The notes under the pieces were generated by a model. The model worked only from the letters and a program-made list of their open reading frames with translations. It ran no database searches and was not told the origin of the DNA. Positions 58,747 through 64,000 of a DNA stretch of 64,000 nucleotides are shown piece after piece (position 1 is the first letter of the stretch; the number at the start of each line of letters is the position of its first letter). Source of the DNA: Candidatus Latescibacterota bacterium. GTDB taxonomy: Bacteria > Latescibacterota > UBA2968 > UBA8231. The translations under genes and the position numbers were made by a program. The DNA is taken from contig OZ252098.1 of NCBI GenBank assembly GCA_965248355.1, positions 2,272,001 to 2,336,000 on the forward strand. Reading direction: 5' to 3'.

Positions 58747-58908
58747 TTACCGCTCCTCGCGGTAGACGACGTGCTTGCGCAGGGTCGGATCGTACTTCTT
58801 GACCTCCAGGCGTCCCTGCTGGTTGCGCCGGTTCTTGGAGGTGTAGTAGCGGTGGTCGCTCTCGGTGCTCTTCAACGCGATCTGGTTGCGGGGGCCGGTC
58901 TTGGCCAT
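58747..58908 (-). CDS. rpmG: 50S ribosomal protein L33 (Cys-free form)
   Basis: Below the ORF-track cutoff; [62 protein letters not shown]. Confidence 0.95.
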   Translation of the reverse strand: MAKTGPRNQIALKSTESDHRYYTSKNRRNQQGRLEVKKYDPTLRKHVVYREER

Positions 58909-59000
58909 GGTCTTGCTTCCTTTGGGAGGTGCACTGTCCTGAGCCGCAAGAAAATACAGGGAGGCCCCGAATCCCGCTACCTCGCCTCCGACGGGGCCTC

Positions 59001-59909
59001 GTGAGCGGCCTGGCGGGCGGAGGCGCCCTGCACGCCCTGGCGGCGGTGCTGCTGTGGTCGACGGTGGCCTCCGCCTTCAAGCTCTCCCTGCGGGAGCTGT
59101 CGCCGCCGCAGCTGGTCTTCGGCAGCAGCCTCGTGTCGGCGGCCTTCCTCGGGATCGTACTGATCCTGCGGGGCCGGCTGCCGGAGCTGCTCTCCCTGCC
59201 CCGCCGCCAGTGGCTGCGCTCGGCCGGCCTCGGGCTGCTCAACCCCTGCCTCTACTACCTGGTCCTGCTGGAGGCCTATCAGCGGCTGCCGGCGCAGCAG
59301 GCCCAGGCCCTCAACTACACCTGGGCCCTGGTGCTGGCCTACCTGTCGGCCCTGCTGCTGCGCCAGCGCCTGCTGCGCACCGACGTGCTCGCCGGCTTCA
59401 TCTGCTACGGCGGCGCCCTCGTGGTCGCCACCCGCGGCCACCTCCTGGAGCTGCGCTTCGACGACGGCCTCGGCGTCGGCCTGGCCCTGGGCAGCACCCT
59501 GATCTGGGCCCTCTACTGGGTCGGCGTCACCCGCGATTCCCTCGACGCGGGGGTGCGGCTGTTCCTCAACTTCCTTCTCGGACTTCCCTGGGCCGTCCTG
59601 CTCTGCGCCCTGGCGGCGGACTTCGACTTCGGCTGGAGGGGCTGGGCCGGCGCCGCCTACATCGGCCTCTTCGAGATGGGCCTCACCTTCCTGCTCTGGC
59701 TCGCCGCCCTGCGCCGCGCCGGCAACGCCTCCCGCGTGGCCAACCTGATCTTCCTCTCCCCCTTCCTCTCCCTCTTCTTCCTGCACCACCTCGTGGGGGA
59801 GCGGATCGAGCCGGCCACCCTCGCCGGTCTCGCCGTCATCGTCGCCGGCCTGCTGATCCAGCGGCGGGGGGCGGCGCGGGGGCGGTCGGGGCCTCAGGCC
59901 AGGGGTTGA
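59001..59909 (+). CDS. DMT/EamA family transporter
   Basis: [41 protein letters not shown]; about 10 TM segments. Confidence 0.9.
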   Translation: MSGLAGGGALHALAAVLLWSTVASAFKLSLRELSPPQLVFGSSLVSAAFLGIVLILRGRLPELLSLPRRQWLRSAGLGLLNPCLYYLVLLEAYQRLPAQQAQALNYTWALVLAYLSALLLRQRLLRTDVLAGFICYGGALVVATRGHLLELRFDDGLGVGLALGSTLIWALYWVGVTRDSLDAGVRLFLNFLLGLPWAVLLCALAADFDFGWRGWAGAAYIGLFEMGLTFLLWLAALRRAGNASRVANLIFLSPFLSLFFLHHLVGERIEPATLAGLAVIVAGLLIQRRGAARGRSGPQARG

Positions 59910-59912
59910 TGA

Positions 59913-60497
59913 CTATCGGATAAGCGCCATGCGGCGGAAGGCCCAGGTATGGTCTCCCTCTTGCAGCCGGTAGAGATAGACCCCGCTGGCTACGGGCCGT
60001 CCAGAGTCGTCCGTGCCATCCCACAGGACTTGACTCGAACCTGGGGGCAGGGCGAGGGAGCGCACCCTTTGAGCGCGGAGGTTGAAGATCCATGCTGATC
60101 GCACACCAAGGCCCCCCGGTCCGGCGGTGATGGCGTAGGTCCACCATGGCTGCGCAGCCTGTGACGCTACGGGCACGACTATCTCGACGCCGCCGTCTTC
60201 GAGCTTGCCCAGGAAGACATCCGTTCGGACCAACTTGGAGTACTCTCCATCTTGCTCCAGCACGTCCGACTGCCAGGCGATCCAAACCCGTCCCTCATCG
60301 TCTACCGTCATCCCGGTCAGGTTCGCTGGCGAAGGGATCGAGACCTGCCAGGCTTCCGCCTTGAACCCGGGGAGGGTCCGGCTGGTGTCCACCGAGCCGT
60401 CCATCGAATACACGGGCAATCCCGGCACAAGCTCGGCGTGCGCTGTGACGAGCCACCCGACCATCGAGAACGCGAGGATGCCACGGATCGCTGTCAT
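59913..60497 (-). CDS. Secreted protein with FlgD-Ig C-terminus, probably internally deleted
   Basis: Signal peptide, partial propeller-like blades, abrupt join to IFNLRAQRVRSL..WDGTDDSGRPVASGVYLYRL; the PNPF start of the domain is missing. Confidence 0.55.
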   Translation of the reverse strand: MTAIRGILAFSMVGWLVTAHAELVPGLPVYSMDGSVDTSRTLPGFKAEAWQVSIPSPANLTGMTVDDEGRVWIAWQSDVLEQDGEYSKLVRTDVFLGKLEDGGVEIVVPVASQAAQPWWTYAITAGPGGLGVRSAWIFNLRAQRVRSLALPPGSSQVLWDGTDDSGRPVASGVYLYRLQEGDHTWAFRRMALIR

Positions 60498-60537
60498 GGG
60501 AACCTCCCAAGGGATGACGCTCGTCTATCTCGCAATT

Positions 60538-60852
60538 TCAGTCGTGTCCGGCGGCGGTCATCGGCCGGATGCCTGCCAAGTCGGCCTCTTCGTCGCGTTG
60601 GGTGCGATACAGGTCCCACCGGGCCTGCAGGTTCAGCCAGAAGCCCGGCGTCATGCCGAAGAACCTCGCCAGGCGCAGGGCCGTGCTCGGGGTTATGCCG
60701 CGCCGGCCGTTGACCAGCTCGTTGATCCGCTGGCAGGGCACGTGGATCGCGTCGGCCAGCTGCCGCTGGGTGACGTCCATCGGCACCAGGAACTCCTCGA
60801 GAAGCATCTCGCCGGGGTGGGTCGGCTTACGGTCGGTCGGGACGCGTACCAT
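60538..60852 (-). CDS. higA: HigA family antitoxin (copy 2)
   Basis: PTHPGEMLLEEFL..TQRQLA..RINELVNGRRGITPSTALRLARFFG..FWLNLQ. Confidence 0.93.
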   Translation of the reverse strand: MVRVPTDRKPTHPGEMLLEEFLVPMDVTQRQLADAIHVPCQRINELVNGRRGITPSTALRLARFFGMTPGFWLNLQARWDLYRTQRDEEADLAGIRPMTAAGHD

Positions 60853-61084
60853 CTCTCTCCTCAACAGTGGTGGGCGACCGCGCGAAGTCCTCGTCATCAC
60901 CCACGTCGGGCATCACTCTGAGGTACTGCTCGAATGACATCTCCGACTCGGCTTCAGTGCCGAGGAGGGCCTCGCGCAGGATCGCACGGTGCTCTTCCTC
61001 GGCAGAGCGACCCTTCCGGCTAGCGCGCTCCTCGAGCCGGGCGACGACCTCCGGTTCCAGCTTCCCGACGATCAGCTCTGCCAT
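60827..61084 (-). CDS. FitA-like RHH antitoxin with 3' end fused to a higB tail
   Basis: MAELIVGKLE..L.ERA..GRSAEEEHRAILREAL..MPDVGDDEDFAR; no PIN gene follows. Confidence 0.8.
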   Translation of the reverse strand: MAELIVGKLEPEVVARLEERASRKGRSAEEEHRAILREALLGTEAESEMSFEQYLRVMPDVGDDEDFARSPTTVEERDGTRPDRP

Positions 61085-61085
61085 G

Positions 61086-61400
61086 TCAGCCGTGTCCGGC
61101 GTCGGCCATCGGCTGGATGCCCGCCAGGTCCGCTTCCTCGTCGCGTTGGGCGCGATACAGGTCCCAGCGAGCCTGCAGGTTCAGCCAGAAGCCCGGCGTC
61201 ATGCCGAAGAACTTCCCCAGGCGCAGGGCCGTGCTCGGCGTGATGCCGCGCCGGCCGTTGACCAGCTCGTTGACCCGCTGGTAGGGGACGTGGATCGCGT
61301 CGGCCAGCTGCCGCTGGGTGACGTCCATCGGCCGCAGGAACTCCTCGAGCAGCATGTGGCCGGGGTGGGTCGGCTCACGGTCGGTCGGCACGCGTACCAT
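61086..61400 (-). CDS. higA: HigA family antitoxin (copy 1)
   Basis: Close paralogue of 60538-60852. Confidence 0.93.
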   Translation of the reverse strand: MVRVPTDREPTHPGHMLLEEFLRPMDVTQRQLADAIHVPYQRVNELVNGRRGITPSTALRLGKFFGMTPGFWLNLQARWDLYRAQRDEEADLAGIQPMADAGHG

Positions 61401-61410
61401 CTCTCTCTCC

Positions 61411-61611
61411 TCAACGGTGGTAGTCGACGATCTCGACATCGCTGGGTCCGACGCGCAAGACCTCGAGCCTGTTGCCGGGCGGAATCCGCAGGTCGCCCAG
61501 CGCCTCGGCGGCCTCGAGCTGGTCGAGCTTGCGCACCGCCACGCGCACGAGCGACGAAGGGCATGTACGTCGAGCAAGCCGCGTGTCGCGACCGTGGTAG
61601 ACGTCTTCGGT
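61411..61611 (-). pseudogene. higB: HigB (RelE/ParE-type) toxin lacking its start and an internal segment
   Basis: TEDVYHGRDTRLARR..VAVRKLDQL..LGDLRIPPGNRLEVL|RVGPSDVEIVDYHR*; the usual G..SIRIN.Q.RI.F segment is absent. Confidence 0.85.
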
Positions 61612-61616
61612 ATGTC

Positions 61617-61645
61617 ATGATAGCACGGATATCATGCTACGTCAA
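61617..61645 (-). promoter_or_regulatory. higBA promoter with palindromic operator
   Basis: Minus strand TTGACG-N17-TATCAT; inverted repeat TAGCA-N9-TGCTA across the spacer. Confidence 0.7.
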
Positions 61646-61768
61646 CGGTAGTCGTACCAGGATGGGCGGGGTCGGGCGTTCGGCAAGCGTGGGCGGCGGA
61701 ATGACGGTCTCGGAAACCACTACCTTTTCGGTTCGAGCACGCACGACCGTAGACCAGGAGGACCTCCC

Positions 61769-62563
61769 TTGACGAGCGAGTTGAGCTTCCGGGCCCGGGT
61801 GCCGGTCATCGACGCCAACGTCGGAGTCGGCCACTCGCACCTGCGGCCGGCCCCGGTCGACACCCCGGAGGAGCTGCGCGCCGAGCTCGGCCGCCACGGC
61901 GTCGAGCGCGCCGTCATCCATCACCAGCACGGCGAGAGCCTCAGCGCCGTGACGGGCAACGATCTCCTGCACGAGTGGCTCGAGGGCCACGAGGACGCCT
62001 TCATCCCCCAGTGGATGGCCAGCCCGGAGCCGGACAGCCTCAAGCAACTGCAGCACCTGCGCGCCGAGGGACGCGTCAGCAGCGTGCGCATCCACGACTC
62101 GGGGGCCGCCCAGGTGCCCTTCGTCGACTGGGTCTACGGCGATCTGCTCGAGTGGCTGCAGGCGGAGGGCATTCCCGTGTGGATCTCCCTGCACGATACC
62201 TGGGACCCCTCGTGGATGGTGCGCAAGACGACGCCGGTCACGGAAGTGATGGAGATCCTGCGCGCCTTCCCCGACCTGGTGACCGTCCTCCTCGGGATCC
62301 ACTTCGTGCACTCCTACTACGTGCGGCCCTTCCTGAAGCTGACCCGCACCTGCCTGGAGCTGAGCCGCTACGAAGTCCTGCGGGAGCTCGAGGTGCTCGT
62401 CTCCGAGTTCGGAGCCGGGCGCTTCCTCTACGGCTCCTTCTATCCGCGCCTGGCCATGGGCCCCATGCTCTACTACGTCCACCACGTCGGCTTCGACGAG
62501 GCGACCCTGCAGGCCGTGTGCAGCGGCAACCTGGAGCGCCTGCTGGAAGGAGGCGCCAAGTGA
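61769..62563 (+). CDS. Amidohydrolase_2 family protein (degenerate metal ligands)
   Basis: VIDANVG, GND, FPDL, FLYGSFYP, GNLERLL; AGGAGG RBS. Confidence 0.75.
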   Translation: MTSELSFRARVPVIDANVGVGHSHLRPAPVDTPEELRAELGRHGVERAVIHHQHGESLSAVTGNDLLHEWLEGHEDAFIPQWMASPEPDSLKQLQHLRAEGRVSSVRIHDSGAAQVPFVDWVYGDLLEWLQAEGIPVWISLHDTWDPSWMVRKTTPVTEVMEILRAFPDLVTVLLGIHFVHSYYVRPFLKLTRTCLELSRYEVLRELEVLVSEFGAGRFLYGSFYPRLAMGPMLYYVHHVGFDEATLQAVCSGNLERLLEGGAK

Positions 62564-63304
62564 TCGACGGCTCGGAGGTGATCGACTTCCACGGCCATCC
62601 GGGGCGCTGGGGTGTCTCCAACCTCGACCCGGGGCCGGTCTTCCTCGCCATGGACGCGGTCGGCATCGACCGGTCCGTCCTGTTCGACATCTGGCACCCC
62701 GAGGGCCGGCGCGCCAACGACCTCACCGCCTCCCTCGTGGCCGCCCATCCCGACCGCCTCATCGGCTTCGCCTACGTCTCCCCCCTGATGCCGGAGACGC
62801 TCGTCCCCGAGCTGGAACGAGCGATCGACCAGCTCGGCCTGAAGGGCATCAAAGCTCTACCCTCCCTTCGTCGAGCCGCCTCTCAGCGACCCCGCCTGGT
62901 GGCCGATCTACGAGTTCGCCGACGACCGGGGGCTGGTCGTGCTGTGGCACACGGGCATCGAGCCCGGATCCTGGCCCAGGTACATGGGAGAGGTGGTGGG
63001 GCGCTTCCCCGGCGCCCGTTTCGTCTCCGGACACTCCGGCAACTGTCCGCCCATGCGGCGCCAGGCGATCGACGTCGCCCTGGACCATCCCAACGTCTAC
63101 CTGGAGACCTGCTCCACCTTCCGCACGCCGGGCGTGATCGAGCAGCTCGTCGAGGAAGCCGGTGCGGACCGCGTCCTCTTCGGGTCCGACATCCCCCTGA
63201 TGGACCCGCGGGCGCAACTGGGCAAGATCATCACCGCCGACATCAGCGACGACGACAAGCGCCTCATCCTCGGCGCCAACGCCCGGCGCCTGCTGAATCT
63301 GTAA
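62560..63304 (+). pseudogene. Amidohydrolase_2 family protein with a 1-bp frameshift at ~62851
   Basis: IDFHGH..GLKGI then an extra A; continues KLYP..WHTG..GHSG..VLFGSD..GANARRLL in another frame. Confidence 0.8.
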
Positions 63305-63431
63305 CCGTCAGAGGAAGGGCTCCTCGTCGCAGGAGGCCTTCATGCCGTCTGCGGATCCTCTGCGCCGCCGCGGCCGGCCGTCGGGCCCCGCACACCCATC
63401 ACATGTACGGCGCTGTCGCTGATCTTCACGA

Positions 63432-64000
63432 CTACCGATTGAGAAGCAGGTAATCGATCGGATCCTCGATGAATTCAACATTGTGATTCAGACCGCAGTC
63501 ATCGGGAAAGGCTTCTTCACAACCCGTGTTGAACATCAGCGGTCCCCGGTTCCGGTACCAGGCGATGCATTGGACCAGGGCGATCATGTGCCGCGGGCGA
63601 TCCGAACGATTCGGCACCCCTCGATGCCAGAGCCGCACGTCCCGGATGAGCACGCTTCCCTTCTTCGCCCACCCCCTCACGGGGGGAGAGACCATCCTCT
63701 GCGCCTCTTCGGTCTCCTTGTCGATCACCGTATCCGGGAAGGGGTGCAGATGCGTGCCCGGCCACAGCTCCACGGCCCCGTTCTCTTCCGTCACATCGTG
63801 CGGAGAGATATTCGCCACCACCGACGCGGCCGGGTGGGCGGGCTCGTGACCCGGCCATAGATGGGCCCCGTCCCGGTGCAGGGGCTGGGTGCCGCTGCCG
63901 GGACAATTGGTGTTGCCGTTGTAGAAGTTGTTGAAGAATCCCTCGCCCAGCAGCGCGGTGTTGACCTGAATCACGAACGGATTGGCGACGATCTCGCGAA
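63432..64000 (-). CDS. Phytanoyl-CoA dioxygenase family protein (5' end outside the window)
   Basis: QPLHRD, NGAVELWPGTH, RLWHRGVPN.S..PR. Confidence 0.88.
   Translation of the reverse strand, partial: REIVANPFVIQVNTALLGEGFFNNFYNGNTNCPGSGTQPLHRDGAHLWPGHEPAHPAASVVANISPHDVTEENGAVELWPGTHLHPFPDTVIDKETEEAQRMVSPPVRGWAKKGSVLIRDVRLWHRGVPNRSDRPRHMIALVQCIAWYRNRGPLMFNTGCEEAFPDDCGLNHNVEFIEDPIDYLLLNR

Noticed and set aside
62845..62860. Programmed ribosomal frameshift
   Set aside because: Would need a +1 shift with no evident stimulatory signal; a simple indel is more likely.

Overview
High-GC bacterial chromosomal window. FlgD-Ig/T9SS-like C-terminal domains, a sulfatase, sialidase-like proteins, phytanoyl-CoA dioxygenases and enolase-superfamily enzymes suggest an FCB-group heterotroph such as Latescibacterota or Gemmatimonadota (inference only). 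The backbone carries sucA (partial), purL, cstA, rpmG, a DUF1998 helicase-exonuclease fusion, a 2-oxoacid dehydrogenase cluster and many catabolic enzymes. Three accessory regions stand out. (1) 6370-19890 contains an ~11.6 kb block bracketed by a direct duplication of an enolase gene 3' end. It holds three co-oriented, overlapping IS91/ISCR-type rolling-circle transposase remnants, an oriIS-like end, and catabolic cargo of mixed composition. This mirrors ISCR1 complex-integron architecture but stores metabolic genes, and is the best candidate for an undescribed system. (2) 37800-40370 has an intact DNA methyltransferase with a restriction nuclease that appears to have lost its catalytic segment. 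(3) 59900-61660 is an antitoxin-only array (higA-fitA-higA) with the toxins deleted; a similar toxin stub lies at 48157. No rRNA, tRNA or CRISPR array was seen. All calls are from reading motifs by eye, without database searches.
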